From an uncultured delta proteobacterium (GTDB lineage Bacteria; Myxococcota_A; Polyangia; Haliangiales; Haliangiaceae), in contig CAVUQH010000004.1 in NCBI GenBank assembly GCA_963743525.1, forward strand, positions 448,001-512,000: a stretch of DNA of 64,000 nt. The letters run 5' to 3'. Positions within the stretch are counted from its first letter, which is position 1. Each line of letters opens with the position of its first letter. The position numbers and the translations under genes are program-made. This document shows, piece by piece, positions 12,023 to 22,751 of the stretch. The notes beneath the pieces are model-generated. The model made no database searches, had not been told where the DNA came from, and saw only the letters and a program-made list of their open reading frames with translations.

Positions 12023-12619
12023 CTACGAGTCTTCCCGCCGAGCCTCCGCGATCAGCGCCAGCAGCGCGCACGCCAGCACGAAGCGCGTATCGACCGCGCT
12101 GGGCACCACCGTCACTTCGAACTCCTTGGTGAAGAAGCGGAAGATCTGGCGAATGAACGCCACCTGCTGGCCGCCGACGAAGATGGCGTGCTTCGACGTC
12201 AGCATCGGAATGAACCGCCGCAGCAGTGACGCCCCCTGCTCTTCGGTGTGGCCGATCTCGTTGCCGTCGCGGTCGAGGATCAAGAACTTGTCGCGCACCA
12301 GCGAGCGCAGGCCCCGCTTCTGCACCGCGCCCAGCACCTCGCCCGTGGTGATGTCGGTAACCTCGTACGCAAAATTGATCGCCACCATCTGCCGCGACTT
12401 GACCATCAGCAGCGGCTGCGTCCGCGCCTCGTCGCCGTAGACCGTGAACTCCTCGCGCAGCTTGAACACCGGATGCTTGACCAGCATCATCAGCTGCCCA
12501 TCCGCGGTAAAGACGCGGAAGGTCCGCTCGAACACCGACCAGAAGCGACGCTTGATCAGATAGCGCGACTGCGTCGCCAGCGAGACGTTCTGGACTTCCT
12601 TGGTGAGGCCGGTGCTCAT
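12023..12619 (-). CDS. LURP-one/scramblase (tubby C-terminal-like) family protein
   Basis: Repeated beta-hairpin units with a C-terminal hydrophobic helix (DTRFVLACALLALI). Confidence 0.75.
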   Translation of the reverse strand: MSTGLTKEVQNVSLATQSRYLIKRRFWSVFERTFRVFTADGQLMMLVKHPVFKLREEFTVYGDEARTQPLLMVKSRQMVAINFAYEVTDITTGEVLGAVQKRGLRSLVRDKFLILDRDGNEIGHTEEQGASLLRRFIPMLTSKHAIFVGGQQVAFIRQIFRFFTKEFEVTVVPSAVDTRFVLACALLALIAEARREDS

Positions 12620-14105
12620 GTGCTGGTTCCTTCGCCGGGCAGCATATGCCCGTGCTCGAGCAGGTTGCGATGCAGCTCGAAGCAGCGACCGAGGTCGTGG
12701 GGCATGTGCCCCATCGGCGCCGCCTCGAGATAGCGATGCAGGTAGTCACGGTACATCGGATGAGCACAGTGGTCGATGATGGTCTGCGCCCGCTGCCGCG
12801 GCCCCAGACCACGCAAATCGGCGCAGCCCTGCTCGGTCACGATCACCTGCACCGAGTGGTCCGTGTGGTCGCAGTGGCTGACCATCGGCACCACCGTCGA
12901 GATCGCCCCAGCCTTGGCGATGCTGGGACAGACCAGGATCGACAGGAACGCGTTGCGCACGAAGTCGCCCGAGCCGCCGATCCCGTTCATCAGCCGGGTG
13001 CCGCACACATGCGTCGAGTTGGCGTTGCCGTAGATGTCGACCTCGAGCGCGGTGTTGATGGCGATGACGCCGAGCCGGCGGATCAGCCCGGGGTTGTTCG
13101 ACAGCTCCTGCGGGCGCATGACGATGCGCGGGGCGAAGAAGTCGAGGTCGTCGTAGATCTCGCGCAGCACCCGATTCGACACGGTCAGACTGGTCGTCGA
13201 CGCGCCGGTGAGCTGGCCCGCGCGCATCAGCGGCACCAGCGAATCCTGGAACACCTCGCTGAACATGCAGAACGGCGGCAGCCGATCGTCGCCACCGATC
13301 GCCGACATCACCGCGTTCGACACGTTGCCGACCCCGGCCTGTAGCGGCAACAGCTCGTCCGGCACCCGCCCGGCGCGCATCTCGCGGACCAGGAAGTCGG
13401 CCACGTGCCCGGCGATCTGCAGGCTGCTGGTGGCCGGCGCATCGAAGTCGCTCACCTCGTCCGGTTCATCCGTGCGGACGACGCCGACGATCTTCTTCGG
13501 ATCGACCGTCGCAAACGGCGTGCCGATCCTCGCCATCGCGTGGTTGATGGGAATCGGGTTGCGGTGCGGCGGCGGCGGCAAGACCACGATGTCGTGCAGC
13601 TCCGCCACGCGCGGCGGGTGATAGGCGTTGAGCTCGACGATCACCTTCTTGGCGTGGCGCAGGAAGCTGGGCGACGCGCCGACCGAGGTGCTGAGGAAGA
13701 CCCGCCCGTCGCGCGTGACATCGACCGCCTCGACCACCGCGACGTCGAGCTCGGGCACGAACCCGGCCTCGATCATCTGCGGCAGATGCGACAGGTGCAT
13801 GTCGATGAACTCGGTCCGCTGCTCGTTGATCGCCCGGCGCAGTGGCGCCGACGACTGGAACGGCGCCCGCCACGAGATGGCGTCGGCCTCGGCCAGCGCG
13901 TCGTCGATGGTCGGCCCGGTCGACGCGCCGGTCAGCAGGCGCACGCGAAACGCCTCGCCCGCGGCGTGGCGCTCGCGCGCACGCGCGGCCAGCGCCCTCG
14001 GCACCGCCTTGACCGCACCCGCCGCGGTGAACGCCGACAGCCCGACCGTCATGCCATCCTCGAACAGTGCTGCCGCCTCGCCGGCGGTGAGCTCGGGGAA
14101 GATGC

Positions 14106-14109
<4 letters not shown>
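12616..14109 (-). CDS. Acetyl-CoA hydrolase / succinate CoA-transferase family protein
   Basis: LLTGASTG, DMHLSH, LQAGVGNV, EVDIYGNANSTH, MNGIGGSGDF; ATG at 14109 (MSIFPEL). Confidence 0.93.
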
Positions 14110-14860
<751 letters not shown>

Positions 14861-14864
<4 letters not shown>

Positions 14865-16033
14865 GCGCAGAAGCTGGCGTGCAGCGCGCGCACCAGGTCG
14901 TCGACCGCGGCCTCGCTGCAGTAGAGGGTGATGCGCAGCGGCTGGGTGTCGACCGCGGTGATCTCGATCCCGGCCTCGTGCGCGGCGGCCCGGGCCCGGC
15001 GCACGGCGTCGGCGCCGCGGCCGACGTCGGTGCCGACCACGCTGACTGCGCCGCCGCCCTCGTCAACGGCACCGTCGGGCAGCGCGGCGACCAGCTGCTC
15101 GCGCACCGCCGGCCAGTCGGGAACGTCGGTGAGCGGGAACCGCAGCGTGACGTCGCCGCCGGCGCCGGCGAGGTGCAGCAGCGGCAACGTCGCCGCCTCG
15201 GCGATGGCCAGCGCGGCGTCGGCCCGGTCACCGGTGGCGCGCACCGTGACCAGCCCTTTCTGTCCGGTGACCCCGGAGGCGTTGCCGCGGACCCCGGCTC
15301 CGACCGCGTCGATGCGGGTGCCGCCGCCCTCGCGCGCGGTCGCTCGCGCGTACAGCGCGACGTCGGAGCGACGGGCGAACTCGACCGCCTCGGCCGCCAG
15401 CACCTTGGCGCCGTGGCTGGCCAGCTCGAGCATCTCGTCGTGGCTGATCGCCTCGAGCAGCGTGGCCGCGTCGACCACGCGCGGGTCGGCGGTGTAGACG
15501 CCGTCGACGTCGGAACAGATCTCGCAGTAGTCGGCGCCCAGCGCGGCGGCCAGCGCGACCGCGGTGGTGTCCGAGCCGCCCCGCCCCAGCGTGGTGATCT
15601 CGCGCTTGTACGACACGCCCTGGAAGCCGGCGACGATGACCACGCGCCCGCGCTCGAGCTCGTCCTGCACGCGGATCGGTCGGACCTCGATGATGCGCGC
15701 GCCCGAGTGGCGATCGTTGGTCATGATCCCCGACTGCGATCCGGTGAACGAGATGGCTTCGTAGCCGAGCTCGCTGACCGCCATCGACAACAGCGCCATC
15801 GACGCCCGCTCGCCGCAGGTGAGCAACATGTCGAGCTCGCGCCGCGGCGGCGCATCCGAGATCTCCCGCGCCCGGGCCAACAGCTGGTCGGTGGTCTTGC
15901 CCATCGCCGACACCACCACACACACCTGGTAGCCGGCCTCGCGGGTGGCGGCGATGCGCGCGGCGACCCGCTTGATGCGGTCGCTGTCGGCAACCGAGGA
16001 GCCGCCGTATTTTTGGACTACGATGCCGGGCAC
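14861..16033 (-). CDS. lysC: Aspartate kinase
   Basis: [43 protein letters not shown]-terminal ACT-like region. Confidence 0.93.
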
Positions 16034-16126
16034 AGCGCATCTATAGAGCAGTTGCTACCCATGTGAAAGCCCGGAGAGCCGGGCTTATTTCGTGCGTGGG
16101 CCCCCTGCCCATGTATGCTATTCGCT

Positions 16127-18343
16127 ATGGCTTCGATCCGGCGGATTTGCCTCTCGTTTGCCGTGAGAGGCGCCGTGATCGGCGCGCTCGGGACCACCGC
16201 CTGTGGCCCCCGCGCCGCCCGCCCGCAGACGCCGGCCTCGGCCCACCTGACCGCCCTGCCCGGCGACGCACCGTACGAGCTGGCCGAGGATCAGGACCTC
16301 GAGGAGATGCGCAATCGCTTCGACGCCCTGCCGGTCGACGCCCCGGAGCGGGCCGAGCTGCGCGAGCGGCTGGCGACCGAGTACGCGCGGCGGGTCGATG
16401 TCGCCCTCGACCGCGGCCTCGATCCGCAGACCGGCTACGAACAGTTTCTGCTATTGGCGTCGCTGTGGACGCCGGCCGAGCTCGACGACCCGGCGAAGGC
16501 GCGCGGGCTGGCCAGATTCGCGCCCCAGGCCGAGCACGTGCGCAGCTACTTCGCCCGCGGCGGCGGTGACCGCGAAGCGACGGCAGCGCTGGTGCTGCTG
16601 GCGATCATGCAACCGGACGAGGCCGCGGCGCGGGTGGCCGACATCGACGAGATCTTCGCCTACGCCGACTCGCTGGCGGTGGCGCAGTACGGACCCGGCG
16701 CGCAGCGGGCGCGGCCGATCGAGATCCTCGAGAGCATCGTCGCGTCGATTCCGTCACGCATGGTCGTCGACCGGTTGGTCTCGCTCTACCAGGCGCGGCA
16801 AAAGGCGGTCGAGAGTCAGTTCCGCCGCAACGGTCCCGACTTCGCGGTCATCCGCGCTCACGGCGAGGGCGTGTTGCAGACCGCCCAGCGAATCACCCGC
16901 GCGCTGGTGCTGGCCGGGCGCATCGACGAGGCGCCCGCCGCGATCGCGGCGGTCTCCGGCATCGGCGACTCGCCCAAGCTGCGCAAGCAGCTGACCCGCG
17001 TGCTCCACCCGGCGCACCCCGGCGAAGGAATGCCGACGGCCGCCGACTGGATCCACCTGGCGCAGCTCTACCGCGACGAGGACGAGGACAAGGACGACCC
17101 GGTGACGTCGCTGCGCATTGCCGAGGTCGGACTGACGCGCATGCCCGACGCCGCCGCGTTGCAGTGCTACACCGGAATGCTCGACGACGCGGTCAACAAC
17201 GTCTTTGCCGCCATCGATCATTTCGAGCGCTGCCTGGCGCTGGTGCCGGGCGAGCGCGAAGCCGCCGACCGCCTGGCCGGGCTGTACGAGGCGCGCATCG
17301 GCACCCTGGTCTTCGCCGACCGGCCGCGGGCAGCCAGCCAGCGGCTGCGCGCCCTGGAGAAGTTCCACGCCGAGGCCGAAAAGCTGTACAAGGAGCCGCT
17401 TCGCCACGACCTCGCCGCCGCCTACGCGACCATGGGCCGCGGACTGGTCACGCTGGGCGAGCTCGACGAAGCCGAGCGCTACCTGAAAGCGTCGATCGAG
17501 CGGCGCCCCGACTTCCCCGCGCTCGAGAGCCTGGGCACGATCGCGCTCAAGCGCGACCAGTGGGACGACGCGATCCGCTACTTCGACAAAGCCCTGCGCC
17601 TGCCGGCCACCGATCTCACCGGCAAGTTCCAGCGCGCCAAGATCCTGCGCCTGGCCAGCGAGGCCTACGCCGGTGCGTCCAATCGGCTGAAGGCCCGGCA
17701 CTACGCCGACTCGGCGCTGGCGGCGTGGCGCGAGGTGTCGTCGCACGGGCGCCTGGTCGCCCACTACCAGGGCGAGCTGAAGCTGGAAGAGGGCAAGCTC
17801 TTGTGGCAGCTCGGCCGTCGCGACGAGGCGCTGTCGGCGTTCGACGCCGCGGTCGATGCCGATCCCGACGGTGCCGAAACCCACGCCGGCGTGGTCTCGT
17901 TCCTGCTGTTCCACGACCAGCCGGATCGCGCCCTCGACGCCTACCACCGCGCCCTCGGCAGCTTCCAGATCGGACCGTTCTTCAAGGTCTACATGAGCCT
18001 GTGGATGCTGGTCGAAGCCCGGCGCCGCGGTGAGAACCCGGATCCACTGGCCGTCGCGTACCTGGCCGGGCGCAAAGGTCGCCTGTGGTACGACCAGCTC
18101 GCCGGCTATGCGCTCGGCAGCCGCTCGCTGGCTCCGCTGGAGAAGCGCGCCAACACCCGCGCGCGACGGGCCGAGCTGCTCTACTACCGGGCGGTGCTGG
18201 GCGAGGCCAGCCGCGATCCCAAGCAGTCGCACGAGCTGCTCGAGCAGGTCGTCGCCACCGACATGGTCCTGTTCTTCGAATACGATATGGCCAAGCAGTG
18301 GCTCGAGCTGGACCTCAGAGCGGACACGACCTCGACGCGCTGA
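16127..18343 (+). CDS. TPR-repeat lipoprotein
   Basis: Lipobox TTAC; several TPR-like units (LGELDEAERYLKASIE, DQWDDAIRYFDKAL, LGRRDEALSAFDAAV). Confidence 0.8.
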   Translation: MASIRRICLSFAVRGAVIGALGTTACGPRAARPQTPASAHLTALPGDAPYELAEDQDLEEMRNRFDALPVDAPERAELRERLATEYARRVDVALDRGLDPQTGYEQFLLLASLWTPAELDDPAKARGLARFAPQAEHVRSYFARGGGDREATAALVLLAIMQPDEAAARVADIDEIFAYADSLAVAQYGPGAQRARPIEILESIVASIPSRMVVDRLVSLYQARQKAVESQFRRNGPDFAVIRAHGEGVLQTAQRITRALVLAGRIDEAPAAIAAVSGIGDSPKLRKQLTRVLHPAHPGEGMPTAADWIHLAQLYRDEDEDKDDPVTSLRIAEVGLTRMPDAAALQCYTGMLDDAVNNVFAAIDHFERCLALVPGEREAADRLAGLYEARIGTLVFADRPRAASQRLRALEKFHAEAEKLYKEPLRHDLAAAYATMGRGLVTLGELDEAERYLKASIERRPDFPALESLGTIALKRDQWDDAIRYFDKALRLPATDLTGKFQRAKILRLASEAYAGASNRLKARHYADSALAAWREVSSHGRLVAHYQGELKLEEGKLLWQLGRRDEALSAFDAAVDADPDGAETHAGVVSFLLFHDQPDRALDAYHRALGSFQIGPFFKVYMSLWMLVEARRRGENPDPLAVAYLAGRKGRLWYDQLAGYALGSRSLAPLEKRANTRARRAELLYYRAVLGEASRDPKQSHELLEQVVATDMVLFFEYDMAKQWLELDLRADTTSTR

Positions 18344-19242
18344 ACGACGCGGACGCGAGCGAGCTGGTAGCGCTGGCCGACCGACTGGCCACGGCCGGCG
18401 TCGGCGAGCGCGCGGTCCGGGCCTGCTTCGGCGTGGCGTCGGTGCTGCACGCGCCGCTGCGCGCGGCTCACCTGCCGCTGCCGGCGCCGCTGCCACCTGC
18501 GTCACTGGCGCCGTGGCTGCTGGTCGGCGGACACGCGGTGCCGCTGGCAGCAGCGCGCGCGCGGCTCGGCGACGACGTCGATCGGTTGGCCGCACTGAAC
18601 CTGGTCGCGATCGACGGCCAGCGGGTGACGCCGCGCCTGCGCCTGTTGCCGGTGGGCGAGGCGATCGCGGTCTGTCTGCCGCGCGCGCCGGGCGAGGCCG
18701 GCAGCCCCGACGACTCGACCGGCCACCTCTTGGCCGCGCTCGGTCACCAGCGCGCCGACCGCTGGCTCGACGTCGGCACCGGCAACGCGGTGGTGCCGCT
18801 GGCGGCGCGCGGACAGGCGCGGCTGGTGATCGGCACCGACGTCAACGACACCGCGCTGGCGTGCGCGCGGGCCGGCGCGGCGCTGTCGGGCGCGGGTGAG
18901 CTGACCCTGGTGCGCGGCGATCTGGCGTCGGCGATCCGCGGGCGGTTCGACCGCATCACCTTCAACGCACCGATCGACGGCGCCGGCGCCCTGCTGGCCC
19001 GGTTCTACCGCCAGGCCGCAGAGCTCCTCGACCCCGGCGGCGAGGTGCTGGTGCACTCGCTCCTCGGCGCCGCCGAGCCCGACGGCGGTGAGGTCGTCAT
19101 CGCCCGGTACACCCCCGACGGCGTCGCTCCGGCCTTCGGCGTCACCTGGTGGCGCCCGGACCGGCCGGCGAGCCGGCGCGAGATCTCGGTCGCGCTGACA
19201 GCGCAGCGGCCACACGTGACCCGCGCCGCGCTGGAAGCCTGA
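18298..19242 (+). CDS. Class I SAM-dependent methyltransferase (HemK/MTS-like)
   Basis: WLDVGTGNA, IGTDVN, RFDRITFNAP. The GTG start at 18298 is my choice. Confidence 0.75.
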   Translation: MARAGPQSGHDLDALNDADASELVALADRLATAGVGERAVRACFGVASVLHAPLRAAHLPLPAPLPPASLAPWLLVGGHAVPLAAARARLGDDVDRLAALNLVAIDGQRVTPRLRLLPVGEAIAVCLPRAPGEAGSPDDSTGHLLAALGHQRADRWLDVGTGNAVVPLAARGQARLVIGTDVNDTALACARAGAALSGAGELTLVRGDLASAIRGRFDRITFNAPIDGAGALLARFYRQAAELLDPGGEVLVHSLLGAAEPDGGEVVIARYTPDGVAPAFGVTWWRPDRPASRREISVALTAQRPHVTRAALEA

Positions 19243-19288
19243 GCCGGCGAATTGCGCGCCGCGGCGGCGCAGCGGTAACGTCGGTCAG

Positions 19289-19783
19289 ATGTCGTCCGTC
19301 ACCGCGTCCGCGGCTGCCGTCGTGCTCGTGCTCCTGGCCGGCTGCCATCGGGCGCCGTCGTACCCCGCCGAAACCCCGGAGAAGGCGCTGGCGTCGTTCG
19401 CCAAGGCGATCGACGCCGGACGCATCCCCGAGGATCTCGACCGCCTGGTCAGTGGCGAGCTCGAGCGCCGAACGTGGAAGCTGCGCTGCCACACGGTCGG
19501 CTGCAAGAAGGCCAGCTTCCACGTCGTCGGCACCCGCGATCGCAGCGAGTACCAGGCGGTGCTGTGGGTCGACGTCGAGGTCGAGGGCCGCGGTGGCGAC
19601 CGGGCGCTGGCGGCCAAACACATCGCGATCGCGTTCGAGCGCGACGGCAGCCGCTGGTTCATCGATCGCATCGGCGACGTCCCCGAGCCGCCGCCGCCCG
19701 CCGACGCCGGCGTGACCCACAGCGGGTCCGATGCAGCGACCGCAAGCGACGCCGGACCACCCCGGACGGACGCCGCCCCATGA
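19289..19783 (+). CDS. Small lipoprotein (possibly NTF2-like fold), first gene of the cytochrome operon
   Basis: Lipobox LAGC; ATGA overlap with the downstream cytochrome gene. Confidence 0.7.
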   Translation: MSSVTASAAAVVLVLLAGCHRAPSYPAETPEKALASFAKAIDAGRIPEDLDRLVSGELERRTWKLRCHTVGCKKASFHVVGTRDRSEYQAVLWVDVEVEGRGGDRALAAKHIAIAFERDGSRWFIDRIGDVPEPPPPADAGVTHSGSDAATASDAGPPRTDAAP

Positions 19784-21066
19784 TCCGCCGCGCCGCGGTC
19801 GCCGTCGCCGTCACCGCGCTGGTCGTCAGCGCGCTGGCCGGCTGCCGCGGCACGCAGCGCGAGGTCCGCGCCGGCGTCCCCGAGAGCGTCGAAGGGCGCT
19901 TCCCCCACCGCAAGCACGATCAGCTCGCCTGCACCGAGTGTCATGCGCAGGCGTCGGTGCTGGCCGGCCAACCGGCGGTGCCGGGCGCCGCCGACCACGC
20001 GCCGTGCGACCGCGAGCAGTGCCACCGCGATCGCTTCCTCGCCCCACCGGGGGCCTTCTGCGCCGTCTGCCACAGCGACGTCGACGCCACCGGCGCGTCG
20101 CCCAGCCCGGTGGTCTATCCGCCGGAGCGCGGGCCGCGGGCGCTGGCGTCGCAATTCTCCCACCGCGCCCACCTCGACTACGCGGCGATGGAGAAGCGGG
20201 TCGGCTTCCACGTCTCCTGCACCGACTGCCACGAGACCGACGCCGCAGGTGAGCTGACCGCGCCCGGCCACGCGGTCTGCGCCCGCTGTCACGCGCCGTC
20301 GGCGGCGCCTGCCGGCGCACCGCCGCTCGACCAGTGCTCCGAGTGCCACGGTCAGCGATCGCCGCCGCCGTCGCGCCGGCGCCAGCTGATCGTCGGCGAC
20401 TTGCACTTCACCCACAAGAATCACCGCCGCGATCGCGCCGGCGTGCCCATCCGCTGCACCGAGTGCCACGTCGACACCGCCGAGGTGACCGGCATCGACC
20501 GCCACGCCCCACCGCCGACCCGCGCGTGCGAGACCTGCCACGACGACAACACCCGCGTGCCGTCAACCATGCGCATGCGCGTGTGCGAGACCTGCCACAC
20601 GCGCAAGGCCGCGCAGCTGGCGCAACTGGCGCCGCGGTCGCACCTGCCGGCGCCGCGACGTCCCGAGGATCACACGGTGGCTTTCCGCCGCGATCACGGC
20701 ATCGAGGCCCGCGACGATCCGGCCGGCTGCGCCAAGTGCCACCGCATGATGTCCGGGTCGCCGCGCGACGCCTGCGACGAATGCCACCAGGTGATGCGCC
20801 CGGTCGACCACGTCATCACCTGGACCGAGTACGAGCACGGCCCCGAGGCGCGCGCCGACAAGGAGCGGTGCGCGGTCTGCCACAAGGCCGACTTCTGCGT
20901 CGCCTGCCATTCGCAGGTGCCGCGCTCGCACTACCCGCGGATGGAGTTCCGCCAGGGCGGCCATGCGACCATCGCGCGCTTCGACTACCGCGCCTGCGTG
21001 ACCTGTCACCAGCCCGACCGGGACTGCACCGGCTCCGGCTGTCACACGGTGAGGCCGCGGCCGTGA
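19780..21066 (+). CDS. Lipoprotein multiheme c-type cytochrome, ~15 hemes
   Basis: Lipobox LAGC; 13 CxxCH and 2 CX4CH counted by hand; three FxHxxH c7-like triheme units followed by three diheme repeats. Confidence 0.92.
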   Translation: MIRRAAVAVAVTALVVSALAGCRGTQREVRAGVPESVEGRFPHRKHDQLACTECHAQASVLAGQPAVPGAADHAPCDREQCHRDRFLAPPGAFCAVCHSDVDATGASPSPVVYPPERGPRALASQFSHRAHLDYAAMEKRVGFHVSCTDCHETDAAGELTAPGHAVCARCHAPSAAPAGAPPLDQCSECHGQRSPPPSRRRQLIVGDLHFTHKNHRRDRAGVPIRCTECHVDTAEVTGIDRHAPPPTRACETCHDDNTRVPSTMRMRVCETCHTRKAAQLAQLAPRSHLPAPRRPEDHTVAFRRDHGIEARDDPAGCAKCHRMMSGSPRDACDECHQVMRPVDHVITWTEYEHGPEARADKERCAVCHKADFCVACHSQVPRSHYPRMEFRQGGHATIARFDYRACVTCHQPDRDCTGSGCHTVRPRP

Positions 21067-22751
21067 AGCGGGTGGCGACGACGGTCGCGCTGGTCGCGGC
21101 GATCTGTGCGCCCGCGTCGGCCAACCCGACGCCGCGCCTCGACCTGACCGTTCCCGCGCCGGTGCCGTCGACGTTGGCGATGCGCCCAACAGCCGCGCGG
21201 CGACCGGCGCCGACCCGAGTGGCAGCGGCGCCGGCGGCCAGGGACGCCGGCGAGCGCGATCGCTACCTCGAGCTCGGATTGCTGGCGCACGGCGCGCGCA
21301 ACGCGCGAACTCTGGAAGACAAGGTCATCTTCCGCTTCGATCTCGGCTTCGGACTCGACGGCGGCCAGCTCAACTGCGACGGCGACGGCAACTGCGCCAG
21401 CCCGCCGTCGGGCGTCTCGTCCGAGAGCTTCTCCACCTACTACTACTCCAAGCTGCGCGCCTACGCCTTCGGCGACGCGATCATCGGCAGCCGCGGCATC
21501 GTCGCGCCCAGCCTCAACACCTACTTCGCCGCCAGCTTCCGCTTCGATCAGAACGACCTGCACTCGACCGCGGTGCCGTCGATCCACGACGCCTCGCAGG
21601 TCGACCCGGTCCTGGTCCGCGCCGGCTACGCCGAGACCGACGGCTTCTTCGAACAGCGCCTGCTGAAGCCGATCTTCGTGCGCGCCGGGCGGCAGTGGCG
21701 CTACGGCCCGGCCATCGCCCACTTCGACGGCATCACCATCGGCTACGACTCGCGTCCGGTCTCGCTGGCCGTCTGGGGCGGCACGCGGGTGTCGCTGTAC
21801 GGACTGTCCAACGACAACTTCGACAACAGCGGCACCATCAGCGGCGCCGACGTGCGCGTCGACATGTACGAGCTCAAGCGCGCGCCGCTGGTGCTGAACG
21901 GCAGCATGCTCACGTTCGACGGCAAGGGCCACTTCGAGGGCGGGGTGGCGCTGCGCTGGAGCCGCGACGTGGTGCTGCGGGCGTCGACCCGCATCAGCGG
22001 CAACGACTTCGGCAGCCTGCGCCTGAGCATGCGCAGCCGGCTGTCCAAGGTCACCACGCTGAGCGCCGAAGTCGAGAGCCACCAGGACAGCGACTGGGAG
22101 TACGACCTGATCCTCGACAACCCGCGCACCACCTACGACGCCACCGACCCGCGGCGCTATCTCGACTTCGGCTACCAGCTGCCGCGGCTGCGCTTCGGCG
22201 TGCGCTTCGGCACGGTGCTGCTCGACAACATCGATCTATTGGCCCGCTTCGCCGGCTCGCTCGACCGCAAGTCGGGCATCACCGGCGCCGCCGCCGACGC
22301 GGTCCGCTACCTCGAAGGCGGCACCGCCATCGAGCTGCGTCTGCGGCGCACGCTGGCGCTGGGCGGGTCGGTGCTGACCCGCATCTACGGCCGCGACGAC
22401 CCCGGCCCCGGCGATGTCACGGCCGGCCCCGACGAGATTCCGTCGCAGATCGGCGCCATCGGCGAGCGGTCGTTCACCGAGGGCGGGCTGACCGCGCGCT
22501 TCGAGCCGTCGCAGAAGTCGTTCAGCGCCACCGCCGAGCTGTACGGCCGGCTGTACAACCTGCGCTCGCCGTATATCGACCCGGGCGACCGCACCGAGCT
22601 GCGCAGCGGCGGCCGCTTCACCGTGTCCGGTCAGGTCAACGACTACCTGCGGATGAAGCTGGAGTACGACACCGCGTACGCGCCGACGCACCTGGCGCCC
22701 GAGATCCGCGGCATGAACAGCCTGCGCGTGCTGGCGGAGGGAACGTTCTGA
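21063..22751 (+). CDS. Predicted outer-membrane beta-barrel (porin) between two multiheme cytochromes
   Basis: GTG start overlapping the upstream stop; signal peptide; many alternating amphipathic strands; C-terminal LRVLAEGTF beta-signal. Confidence 0.75.
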   Translation: MKRVATTVALVAAICAPASANPTPRLDLTVPAPVPSTLAMRPTAARRPAPTRVAAAPAARDAGERDRYLELGLLAHGARNARTLEDKVIFRFDLGFGLDGGQLNCDGDGNCASPPSGVSSESFSTYYYSKLRAYAFGDAIIGSRGIVAPSLNTYFAASFRFDQNDLHSTAVPSIHDASQVDPVLVRAGYAETDGFFEQRLLKPIFVRAGRQWRYGPAIAHFDGITIGYDSRPVSLAVWGGTRVSLYGLSNDNFDNSGTISGADVRVDMYELKRAPLVLNGSMLTFDGKGHFEGGVALRWSRDVVLRASTRISGNDFGSLRLSMRSRLSKVTTLSAEVESHQDSDWEYDLILDNPRTTYDATDPRRYLDFGYQLPRLRFGVRFGTVLLDNIDLLARFAGSLDRKSGITGAAADAVRYLEGGTAIELRLRRTLALGGSVLTRIYGRDDPGPGDVTAGPDEIPSQIGAIGERSFTEGGLTARFEPSQKSFSATAELYGRLYNLRSPYIDPGDRTELRSGGRFTVSGQVNDYLRMKLEYDTAYAPTHLAPEIRGMNSLRVLAEGTF

